Positions 44,029 to 61,900 of a DNA stretch of 64,000 nt are shown here, one piece after another. The position numbers were made by a program, and so were the translations under genes. How positions within the stretch are numbered: position 1 is the stretch's first letter; each line of letters begins with the position of its first letter. Origin of the DNA: the human T2T-CHM13v2.0 reference genome, Homo sapiens; the NCBI RefSeq assembly GCF_009914755.1, contig NC_060940.1; one strand, given 5' to 3'. The notes beneath the pieces are model-generated. The model did not search any database. It was not told the DNA's origin and was given only the letters and a program-made list of their open reading frames with translations.

Positions 44029-47000
44029 AGCAATGAAAACCTTGATCAATTAAGCCTTCTGTTGCACGACCTGTGCAGTGAACAGGATTTCTTTTCTGGC
44101 CAAGAAGATTCTACCTCTAATGATCCAGGTAACTGATGTCCATGGAGGATGAGCTGGAAATGTAAGAAACTATTCATGAGATTCTGAAAAGGATTTTAAC
44201 TCAAAGGCAAATGATTCCATAAGGGCCCAAAGAGAAGCCCTACCCACAGGCAGCCTGCTCAGTTCAATGTACTTTAACTACCACCGGCTGCCTGCTGCAG
44301 TCCACAAGAAAATGGCTGAGTGATGGGATCTGTTCATTAAGACAATTTCTAATTAATGGTGACAGCTTGTTTTGTGACTAGAGTTACTGGGATGGAGGGT
44401 AGGAATCTTGGGGCCTCTTTGTTTTAAAAAGCCCATCAGAGAGACCAGAGCCGTGCTGCAGGGGCAGGTTCTCACTTGCCCCTGGCTCTGCCAGCTGCTG
44501 GGAGGCTCTGGCCCCACTAGTCCCTCATGGCCCTACTGAACTGGCTGGGAGGCTGCTGGAATGGCCCTTGGTCCACAGCTCTCCACAGGCAAGAGGTCAA
44601 CTGCTGCTTGAAAGAGGTAGACAAAAGTTAGGTTGATGGCGAAATGTCTCTGGGTTACCCAGTCTTCTGGAGCAGCAAGCTGAGCTTTAATGGGCTAAGC
44701 ATTAGGGTGTTACAGAAAATTTCAAATGCAGCCATCTCCCTTGGGGCAGATCTACCTAGTTCATGACAGTATGTGCGGCTGGCCAGGGCTTTACACCTCT
44801 GCATCTTAAGTTGTTAATACATACCAATAATGTAATATGGCTTTTTAAAGGAGAGGAGAGTGCTGGGTTGGGAAGGGAGGTGGTTGGTAGAGTCACAACT
44901 TCTCAATGAGTGAATTTACAGCTGATGGGAAAAGGAGTGTAACTGTGAAAAACGATGGCTGTGGTGGGGAAGAACAAACCAGCAGTAAGCCTGATGTTTG
45001 ATGTGGATGGAACTGGCCCCTAGAAACCCATCTGACCCTCCTCTTGTTACCTGAAATGCTGGGCTTAGTATGCATGTACTGCTGAAAAGCAGGGCAGAAC
45101 AAATCAGGCTCTGACCAGAAGATCCTTCTGGTCCCTTCACTCTACAAAAACTTACTGATCACCTCCACATGCCAAATACAGTGCCAAGATTTGGGGGTGT
45201 GGATGTTTAAACAAAAAGCTGTGGGTCTCATCAATCATCTCCATCCACAAGCTCCTAAAAGAAAGCCATTTACCTCGCTTGAAGCCAGGAACACAGGGAA
45301 CAGCAGTCTGGCCAAGGAAGGGCTGTTATCTGGTGCTATCACTCCAGTTACTCCTCCAACTGGGAGCTGCTATTTTATTTGGCAGTCAGCAACTGAAGAA
45401 AGAACATTCCTCTTAGTGGCAGATGTTCAAAGCAACTTTCAAGAAAGGCTAGGTGAGAAAGGCACTGGGATGAGTGCTGCAGGCACTCTGTAGCCAGGGC
45501 CCCATTAGCCTTTGGCCAGGTAGCCACCAGAACCTATTTATTGCACCTGGCATCTCCCCCAACCCCTCTCAGCTCTGTTAGGACTTCCACACAGCAGAGC
45601 TCAGGTGTTGCTGTCATTACCTCCTTTCAGCTCCTCACTTCATTCTACTTTAAAGCCACAGTGCTAAGGCCTGCATCCCCTTTCTGCCCAAATGGGTTTT
45701 TTGCTACCATATCAAAGAACCTGACATATGGCGGCATAGGAAGCAGAAGCTAAGCCTCTCTCCAGCTGCTGCTGTGTAAAATCCATGCGTGGCCAAAGAG
45801 AAGTCAGGGGATTATGACATAAATGGTGCTGGGAAGAACCCTCTGCCTAAAACTGTCTCCTTCTCCTGGTGCTACAACCGGAATCCACCATGAGAGAGTA
45901 CTTTCTTCGGTTCTTTCCTCCTGTCCTTGACAGAGTAACACGTTAATCTGGTTCTTGGTGGTGTTAGGGACTGATTCTCTCAGGAAAGGCACACATGGTA
46001 TGATGGCTCTTCCCAGAGTCTATGTGATGCTACATAACTTCAGTATCTAGCTGAGACATGCTTCCTACATGACTGTTAAAGCACAGCCAATCCAGGCCAA
46101 GAAGACTAGTAACAGGCACGTTCTGAAAGATGGAAGCAGCACTGATAGATCAAAACCACCACTGCATATGTATTACACTGTTTTTGTTCACCATTTTCCT
46201 AAGTGTGTTATTTAGAATATTGGTTATTACAAGGAAAAATAAAGTGGGGAGGCTGGTTAGGCCTTGTGAGTTTGGGAAACTTAGGTTATAAAAACTAAAT
46301 AAAGTTTTTCTACTGTGAGACTAGATGTGCAGGAGTGAAAGGTGTAGAGGGTCTTGTTTTCCAAATTCGATCTCAGAATCTTTTTGCCAGAAGTGTCTCA
46401 TGGGACTTATCTATAGTGGAACACATTTGAAGACCTACTGCTCTATTAAGAAGGCAGCCGGACAACATGTTCTAATACTTCGTATGCTTTGTGACCTAGT
46501 TAAAATCTAAACTTAAGTCGCCATGGCCAGTGGCCTTTAGATTAAGCTAGCCTTACCCCTGGGAGTATACCAGAGCTTTCCAAGGAATACACAGACTCCA
46601 GTACTCTCAGGGGAGCAGTGTTCAGAGCCTCATCTTCCTGTTATATTCTTCTCTAAGATTCATCTGCCTGAGAAAATGCCCTTTTCTCACCTTACAAAAG
46701 AAAATATGGCTGTCTCCACCTCTAGTCTTACTGTAGAGCATGTCCCAAGGTGTAAAAATTCAAAATGTGGATATTTGGAAAGTGAAAGACTTATCAACAG
46801 GGCACAAATCTTTTTGCAAATGGATTTTCCAAGTTTTTCTGGTGGTTCCAAATTTTTTGCTTTCAACAAAGTGGGAGGAACAGCCTGTAGATTTCTGAGT
46901 CTCTTAGCATGTAACTACAAAGGGGTTGGAAGAATTCAGTGATTCTGCTATCATAAAGCTTCCGTTCCCATTGATGTATCTGTGTGAACAAGGATCAACA

Positions 47001-47676
47001 TCTCCATAAATGAAATTGAAAACGGAAAATAGAATTGATGATGAACTTTGGCTCAATCTTAAGATGTTATCAATCTACATAGATGAAATAATTGTGGAGA
47101 AAAGCCCTCTTTATCTCATTAAGTGATACATTTCCAAAGAAGTTTTACTATGTTTAATAATTTAGTGAAATTTGGGCTATGTGTTTATTGATTCAGCTCA
47201 ATCCAGAGGAAAATTTTAAAGGCTTACAGCCTTAGGATTATAGGATACTATATAATACTTTTGGTACAGAGATAGAATTAAATAACATAAAAATCAAAAA
47301 TTTATTAGGCTAAAATTTTGAGGGAGAAGTGGTATGAAAATACAAATTCAAGGAGTAAAAGGAAAAGTGGGGCATTCCTTGCTACTAAAAATTGCCTTGT
47401 TCCAGGTAAGACTGATCATAAAAAAATGGCCCTGTTCATAAAATTTTTAAAAAGATCATAGTATCTATCAAATAACTTATATTAAGAACCTCCTGGGCTA
47501 AATTTAAAAAGTAATACAACAGTTTTATTTAAACATGTAGTGTCTACGGTATGCCAGCACTTTGCAGCTATTTATAATGAGAAATTTTAGATGTCAATAT
47601 AGCAATGTGCAAGAAGATAGAGATTTTCAAAATTCACTTAAGAGTATCTGAGCATAAAATGTTAAGATTGCTGATC

Positions 47677-47916
47677 GGATGTGAGGGCGATCTGGCTGCG
47701 ACATCTGTCACCCCATTGATCGCCAGGGTTGATTCGGCTGATCTGGCTGGCTAGGTGGGTGTCCCCTTCCTACCTCACCGCTCCATGTGCGTCCCTCCCG
47801 AAGCTGCGCGCTCCGTCGAAGAGGACGACCAACCCCGATAGAGGAGGACCGGTCTTCGGTCAAGGGTATACGAGTAGCTGCGCTCCCCTGCTGGAACCTC
47901 CAAACAAGCTCTCAAG
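47677..47916 (+). pseudogene. 7SK snRNA processed pseudogene (RN7SKP family), nt 1-240, 3'-truncated and tailless
   Basis: starts GGATGTGAGGGCGATCTGGCTGCGACATCTG (7SK 5' end) and follows the recalled 7SK sequence to CAAGCTCTCAAG with about 5 mismatches; perfect 13-bp direct repeat AAGATTGCTGATC at 47664-47676 and 47914-47926. Confidence 0.96.
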
Positions 47917-48401
47917 ATTGCTGATCTAGGGCCACTAAGTGATGAAGCAAAAAGGATGGCTAAAAAGGACCTCAACCCTTTTGACTTTAAAAGGAAAATA
48001 GCTTAACCTTCAACCTGTGTGACATTTAACTTTTTGAACCCAACCGTAAAAGCTATCTTCTAACCAACAAAAAGTTAATAATTACATTTGGAATTATACA
48101 GAATTAGAAAATTGGCATTTAAAAATACTCAATAATTTGTCCCTGGTTTTTAATTTTCAAAATATTTTCTTTTTGAAGAGCCAGATTCCAGTGATCCTGC
48201 CTCTCAGAAATTTCCACATTTCTTATTTTTCATTAGGCCTTAAGAAGCTGCATTTGTAAACTTGTGTTTCATTATTAAAGCTTAATTTATTTTTTATATA
48301 AATAGTATGTGCTTTGTGTACATAGAGAATTAAGTGAATGAGTCACACAGATGTTGGCTGTTGTTAATGTGAAAATTAAACAGCTGTATCACATTTTGAA
48401 A

Positions 48402-48407
48402 AATAAA
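48402..48407 (+). terminator. distal polyadenylation signal AATAAA
   Basis: canonical hexamer preceded by ATTAAA (48375), several TGTA (CFIm) motifs and U-rich sequence. Confidence 0.7.
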
Positions 48408-49518
48408 AGTTTCATCTGAATGAATATAGCAATCTGCCCAGAACTTTTTTTAAAAACTGCTATTCACCTTTTATATTCCCAAATAAAACACACACACACA
48501 TACAATAATTTAGTCATGAGATAGGTAGAGTTACAGTTATTTTTTGAAATGTGTTTTACTATCCTATTTATCCCACGTTTCTTTGGGTTACAGGTTTATC
48601 TTCAGCAAAAACTCACTCTGTGTTGAAACTCAAGTTTGTACGATTAATACTTGAGTGCTCTTCAATTTATCAGTTTTGAAAGAATGTTTAGTGTTGGAAG
48701 GAGCGAGGACCTTATAGTAAGTCCCTGTATTTCTCAGCTGAGTGATAGGCTCCCTAGAACTGTCAATCACTGCGTTTCTTGCCAACAATCCCTGGTCCAC
48801 AGGAAGCCATGTTGTATCTCATACCTCTGACCCCCAACCCCCAGCCCCCAGTGGTTGGATTAGTTACCCTGGTCCAAAGATTTAATAATAGCCTATGACA
48901 AACCTCTGCATTAGAAGATGAGCAAGGAATAGTAAAAAGCAAAGATGAAATTAGAACTGCCAAATGACCACTTTTTAAATGGATACAACCATAACTCTCA
49001 TAAAGATATATAATGAACATATGTCAGAAATCTTATTAATTAACAAAGGAACCAGTGAGATGTTCCAGCTTGTTTAAAGGAGAATGCAGAGAACAATATA
49101 TATACATACAGTATAGGTTATCCGCTATCCAGATTATCTGATTTTATACGGTTTCTCCACGTTTTATTGTCCGAATAATGCAAATTATTCCTGTCCGTAG
49201 AAATGCAAACTGTGTCCTGTGGAGATTCCATTGATCATTCCCTTGTGGATACTGATCACTGGTTTTACCAGTTTTATATCTATTAAATTTATTTCAGCAT
49301 CGCTGATGGATGTGAAATCTGACTCCTATCTTACTCCACACACAAAAATCAAGTCAGTTAGATTATAGATCAAAATATGAAAGATAAAACAATATTTCTA
49401 GAAGGTCTTCACAACATCGGCGTAGGGAAAGGTTACTTAAACAAAACTACAAAAGCAGCATCCCTGAAGGAAGACTGCTAAATTTGACTCCCCTAAAATT
49501 CAAAACTGGTTTTTATCA

Positions 49519-49913
<395 letters not shown>

Positions 49914-50761
49914 TCACTCATTATTCCTATGGGAAAAATGAAAATTAGAACCATGAGATACCACTACACACTTACTAGAGTGGCAAAAATTAAAAGCCTA
50001 ATGTGTTAGCAAGAATGTAGAGCACCTGGCACACTTGTGTAAATTAGTACAAAACTACATTGTAAAAAATGTATGACATTCTCTGCTGAAATTAAACATA
50101 TACACACCCTGCAACCCATCAATTCCACTCCTAAATATATACCTAATACTGAAGCATATATATGCACACCAAAAGACATATACAGAGTGTTCGTAGTACT
50201 GTTATTCACAATAGGCAAAAACTGAAAAGAGCCTTAAATGTCCGTCTACGGAAGAGTTGATATACACATACAAATGCGCATTTCTACAATAGAGCACCAT
50301 ACAGCAATGACAAATGACTGAGCTGCAACTACAGTAACTGCGTGGATGGATCACACCCATACAAGTTGAGTGAAAGCAGCCACACACACACACACACAGC
50401 AAAGAGAAGAGTGAAATGGTATGAATTAGTAGAGAGACATATAGATAAAATGCGGGATATGTGTAAGACGGAATAGTATAAGGAGGTAAAGTGGAGTGGA
50501 ACAGAGCCCATATATGTAACATGGATACGTTTACACAATATCGTGTGAGAAAAGGGAAAATACAGAACAGTGCTACCCAGTGACGCCATTTACACATATT
50601 TAAAAACTGCACATAAAACTGCTTCCAACATACACACAGCTAAGTAGATAATACAGGTATAAAAATGGACTGAAAGGAACATCTTAATGTCAAGACAAGG
50701 ATTGAGTCACATAGCGGGGAAGGCAAAGGCCATGTGACCGAGGCAGGGAGAGGTAGTTTCA

Positions 50762-51369
<608 letters not shown>

Positions 51370-51370
<1 letters not shown>

Positions 51371-51490
51371 ACGAGAGAGAGGGGAGGAGGGAAATGAGAG
51401 GGGAAAGGCGGGGCGGAGGTGAGAGGGGTGGCGGAGTGGGGAAGAAGGCGGTGGGGAAGATGGCAGGGGCGAGGGAGTGGGAAGAAAGAC
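51370..51490 (+). repeat. G/A-rich low-complexity tract with G-quadruplex potential
   Basis: multiple GGG/GGGG runs (ggggcggaggtgagaggggtggcggagtgggg...). Confidence 0.7.
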
Positions 51491-52699
51491 TAAAACGGCA
51501 CAAAATGTTACCCAATTATTCTGGAGAGTGAAAAGTGGCTGTTATATTATTCTTTCCTTTTTTCATTTTTATTTTCAAAAAAAGCAACAAAAAACAAAGT
51601 TATATAAAAAACGTATCAGGCAGATTCTAATACAAATAAAGCTGCTGCAGCATTGCTAATATCAGACAAGTTACAAAATCAAGGTTGATATCGCTAAGAA
51701 GGGCAATGTTTTACAATTCTAACAGTAATACTGCACCAGCCAATTGTGAAGGACCCAAGCTTTTGCGTGTCTCACAACATAGCTTCGAGAAGCACAGAGC
51801 AGAGTGGGAGAACAAAAATCAACAAGTTAACAATTATAGATGGAGATCAGAGTGTTTTCTCACAACAGCACAGATTAAGAAGGCACAAAACAAGGATAAG
51901 GAGAATCTGAAAAACACAAGTCACCAGCCTGATCAAAGGTACATTAGGCTTCTGCAAACACAGAGTAAATTTTGGATCCAGAAAATACAAATTTTCTTCA
52001 AACACAGGACATTTACAAATATTGACTGTACAACAAGCCACAGAGCGGGAAACAATTTTAATTGCTCTAATACAAGATTAAACTTGGCGCCACATGAAAA
52101 TCACAAACAAAAAGATGCTCCCCAAAAGTCCTATGATCGCAAAGTTTAAAAGCTATTTCTAAAATATTTTTAGGGAATATGTTAGGGAAGGGACAAAAGT
52201 ATTTCAGGAAAGGGACAGAACTGCCCAGAAAAAAAATACTAGAATTTTAAATGCATTTATTGTAAAATGAGAAAAAGTGACAATAAATGATCTACGCTTT
52301 AACTTAGAAGCTAGGGAAAACACTCTAAAGAGGGTAAAAAACAAGAAAATCCAAAAAACAAAACTAAAATTGATAAAATGGTTCTTTTAAAAGTCAAGGG
52401 GAAAAAAAGCAGCACAAATCAACACTACCAGGAGTAAAAATAATTTTATAGTAAGACTTTTGGAAGCCTAGACAAAATAGGTAATATTATATTAAAATAA
52501 AAACGACCAAATGTCTAAGAATCACTAAAAATATGACTATTCCAATTATCATCCAAGAAATAGAAAAAACAAATAAGACTAATCCAATTATCATCCAAGA
52601 AATAGAAAAAACAAAGACATGCACCTCCCACCCCATGGCATCAATTTCAGATGATTTCATGGGCAACTTCTACCAAACATTCCAGAGAAAGTTTTTTTT

Positions 52700-57990
<5,291 letters not shown>

Positions 57991-58004
57991 AAGTCTGTGA
58001 GGCT

Positions 58005-58207
58005 TTTTTCTCTTCCTCTTCCTTCCTTCTGTTCTTCCTTCCTTCTCCTTCCCTCATCTTCCTCTTCCTCTCCTTCCCCCTCCTCTTACCTCTCCCTTCT
58101 TCCCCCTCCCCCCACTTCTCTTCTTCTTCCTGTTTTTGCTCCTCTGGCTGGATAATTTCAATGATCTGTGTCTGGGCTTTCTGTTCCCAAAAGAGAAGGA
58201 ACACACG

Positions 58208-58250
<43 letters not shown>
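58005..58250. repeat. CT-rich polypyrimidine tract followed by (CA)n of about 20 units; AluJ (about 58258-58545, minus) adjoins
   Basis: directly visible simple repeats. Confidence 0.9.
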
Positions 58251-58253
<3 letters not shown>

Positions 58254-58929
58254 AAAGCTTTCTGAGTCAGGGTCTTGCTCATGTCACCCTGGCTGGGGTG
58301 CAATGTTAGGGTCACAACTCACTGTAACTTTGAACGCCTAGGCTCAGATGATCCTCCCACCTCAGCCACCTAAATACCTGGGACTAAAGGCATGCAGCCA
58401 CATGCCTGGATAATTTATTTTTTATTTTCTGTAGAGATGGGGTCTTGCTATGTTGCCCAGGCTGTTTTCAAACTTGGCCTCAAGCTATCTCCTGCCTTGG
58501 CCTCCCAAAGTGCTGGGATTACAGGCATGAACCACTATTCCTGACTACAGAATATATTTTTATTGAATAAAAATTATAAGGTGACAGACCAAAAAAAAGA
58601 GACCTCCTAAGCTCATTTTAGGAGGGTAGAGGACAATCAAGGAAGAGAGGGAAAATCAAGAAAAGTGAAAGGAACAGAGAGAAAGGGAGGGAGGATGATG
58701 CCAATCTCACTGTTAAATAGAGTAGAAATCCTGAAAAATATTTGCAAACCAATGTTCACTTGTTCATAACGTAGAGTTAATCTCAGGAATCCAGTAATGG
58801 TTTAATATTGGAAAACCTATCAATGCAGTTCTCTACATTAATAGATTATGCTTTTCCATAAGGAAATTGATAATATGAAACACATATGCCACATAAAAGC
58901 TTTTAGTGAATTAGTGTTTTTTTTTTTTC

Positions 58930-61900
58930 CAAGGTGGTGGATTAGAGGTTTTTAACATGCCTCAGCCACTTGGAAATAGCAAAGTAGTGCCTAAACTCTC
59001 TGAGCTTTAATTGGAGAAGGAAAATTGGAATCCACTAGAATTGTAAAGAAAACCTCAGATCCTGGGTAGAAGAACACAGGCAAACAGCCCCTGTGATGAT
59101 GTCTAGTTCATAAAAAGATTGTAGTGCCCCAGGGCCTTCTCTGGTTGACACCCAGGCAGATCTCCACTGACCTGGATCAGCAGCCGGAGTTGCCCCACTC
59201 TTCCTCTGCAGAAATTGTGGTGAAACAGGGCCCTCTCCGCTCCATGCCCAGGCAGATGTCCAGGCATTCAGAGCACCTCCTTGCCTGAATGAGTAGTCTG
59301 AGCCAGCCCACCCTTCCTGTGTAGAGACGATGGTAAAGCGAGGACCTCTCTGTCCCATGCCCAGGCATATCTCTAGGCAGCTGAAGCACCCACTCTCCTG
59401 AATTAGGAATTTAGGCTGACCCCTGATCTGTACAGATAACTTGGGGCTGAGGAGGTTTTCCAGCTCCATGCCTAGGCCCACCTCTGGGTATCTGGTGGCT
59501 GCCCACTGGATTCTCCCTCAGCACTGGTGCTTGTGCCTGCCACTGGGGGACCTGTAGGTAGGCCTACCTGGTCTGGTCCTGCCCATCATGCCCCCCTCTT
59601 CCTGGGGCTAAGCAGGAAGCTCAGAGGACTGTGCATTCCATGCATCAGCCCATTTCCTGAGGCAACGGCGAGCTTCTAGTAGTAAACAAAGGGCAAGTAT
59701 ATACCCAGCATGTTGGCTGCAGCTGCCTCTTACCCTTAAGTACCCTCTACTGGTTTGTAAGTCAAACCACAAAGCCTAATACAAAACCTGCCAAAAGTAG
59801 TGCATAGGGTTATAGAAGCAAAGCCAAAAGACCCTACCCACATTCTCTACAGTCACAACTCCTGGGGGCAGTAGCGGGGGTGGTGTGGGGAAGGGAAAGG
59901 GAAAGAAGAAAAAACCGGTAATATTATAGAGAAAGAAAAAGAAAAGAAATCCTACCCACATGAAAATAATTACAAGAATTAGAAGAGTCAGCATCTCCAG
60001 ATGAGAAGGAACTAGCACAAGAATTCTGGCACCATGAAAAATCTGAATTTAGTGGTATCACACTAGCTCTCCAGCAATGGTCCCTAACCAAAATGGAAAT
60101 GCAGAAATGACAGAGAAAGAATTCAATACATGAATTACAAGGAAGCTCAACAAGATCCATGGCAAGACTGAAAATCAACACAAAGAAACTTCTAAATCAA
60201 TCCAGTAAATTAAGGAAGAGATAAACATCTTAAAAAGAAATCAGGCCGGGTGCGGTGGCTCACACCTATAATCCCAGCTTTGGGAGGCTGAGGCGGGCAG
60301 ATCATGAGGTCAGGAGATTGAGACAATCCTGGCTAATATAGTGAAACCACGTCTCTACTAAAAATGCCAAAAAATTAGCTGGGCGTGGTGGCAGGCACCT
60401 GTAGTCCCAGCTACTCTGGAGGCTGAGGCAGAATGGTGTGAACCTGCAGGACAGAGCTTGCAGTGAGCCAAGATCATAACACTGTACTCCAGCCAGGGAA
60501 ACAGGGTGAGACACTGTCACAAAAAAAAAAAAAAAAAAAAAAAAAATCAATCAATCAGAACTTCTGGAATTGAAAAACTCACTTAAGGAATTTCAAAATA
60601 CAATTGCAAACTTTGTCAATAAATTGGCCCATATGGAAGAAAGAATTTCAGAGCTTGAAGACTGGTCTTTCAAACTAATCTAGTAAGACAAAAATAAAAA
60701 ACAATTTTAACGAATGAACAAAAAACCTTTGAGAAATATAAGATTATGTAAAGTGACCAAACCTATGAATTACTGGTATTCCCGAGAGAAAAGGAGAAAA
60801 AATAAGCAAGCTGGAAAATATATTTAAGGGAGTAATTCAAGTAAATTTCCCTAACCTTGCTAAAGAAGTAGACATCCAGATTTTAAAAATCCAGAGAATA
60901 CCTGTGAGATACTATACAAGACAAACATCAGCAAGCCATATAGTCACCAGATTGTTCAATGTCAATGCTAGAGAAAAAAAATCTTAAAGGCAGCTAGAAA
61001 AAAATGTCACATCATGTACAAAGGAAACCCCATCAGGCTAACAGCAGACTTGCAGCAGAAACCTTACAAGCCAGGAGAGATTGGGGGCCCATTTTCAGTA
61101 TTCTTAAAGAAATTCCCACCAAGATTTTCATATTGCACCCATCTAAGCTTTATGAGTAAAGGAGAAAATAAAATCTTTTACAGACAAGCAAGCAGTAAGG
61201 GAATTTGTTACCATTAGATCAGCCTTACAAGAGAATCTTAAGGGAGTTTTAAACATAGAAACAAAAGAAATATACCTCCTACCCAAGAAACACACTTAAG
61301 GACATAGCCCACAGACCCTATAAAGCAAGCACACAAGTAAAAACTACAAAGCAACCAGCTAAAAACCTCATGACAGGATCAAAACCTTACACTTCAATAT
61401 TAATCTTGAATGTAAATGTCTAAATGCCCCACTTTAAAGGCACACACTTGTAAATTGCATTAAAAAACAAGACCCATACATCTGTTGTCTTTAAGACACC
61501 CACCTCACACGTAAGCACACCCAGTGGCTCAAAGTAAAGAGATGGAGAAAGATCTGTCATGTAAATGGAAAACAACAAACAGTAGGGGGTCACTATTCTT
61601 AGATAAAACAGACATTAAACCAGCAACAACAAAAGGACAAAAAGGCATTACATGATAAAGGGTTCAATGTAACAAGAAGACTTATCTGTCCTAAATGCAT
61701 ATGCACCCAACACTGGAGCACCCAGATTTATTAAAAAACAAACAAACAAAAATAAAACCTACTACTAGACCTTTGAAAAGACTTAGCCACATGATAATAC
61801 TGGGAGGCTTCAATACTCCACTAACAGTGTTAGACATATCATCAAGGCAGAAAATAAATTCTAGACTTAAATTTGACACTGGACCAACTCGATCTCAGAC

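Larger units (their letters stand above)
43750..48435 (+). other. PLCG2: PLCG2 3' UTR (short form to about 44045; long form to about 48430)
   Basis: repeat-poor sequence after the stop; TG-rich tract 43760-43803; AATAAA at 44023, 46238, 46298 and 48402; end positions inferred from the signals. Confidence 0.75.

Noticed and set aside
47600-47676. Independent Pol III promoter for the 7SK copy
   Set aside because: No recognisable PSE/DSE; only an AT-rich cataaaa about 20 nt upstream; the TSD shows the flank is host sequence.
47729-47975. Two 66-aa ORFs on opposite strands in the 3' UTR
   Set aside because: They are translations of the 7SK RNA copy.
49108-49300. Possible Tigger-like end (tacagtataggttatccg) or foreign insertion
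   Set aside because: No partner terminal repeat or recognisable consensus found by eye; needs a Dfam search.
51685-52149. 154-aa ORF downstream of the gene
   Set aside because: Lies in A-rich decayed L1 sequence, has a non-ATG start and no coding signature.
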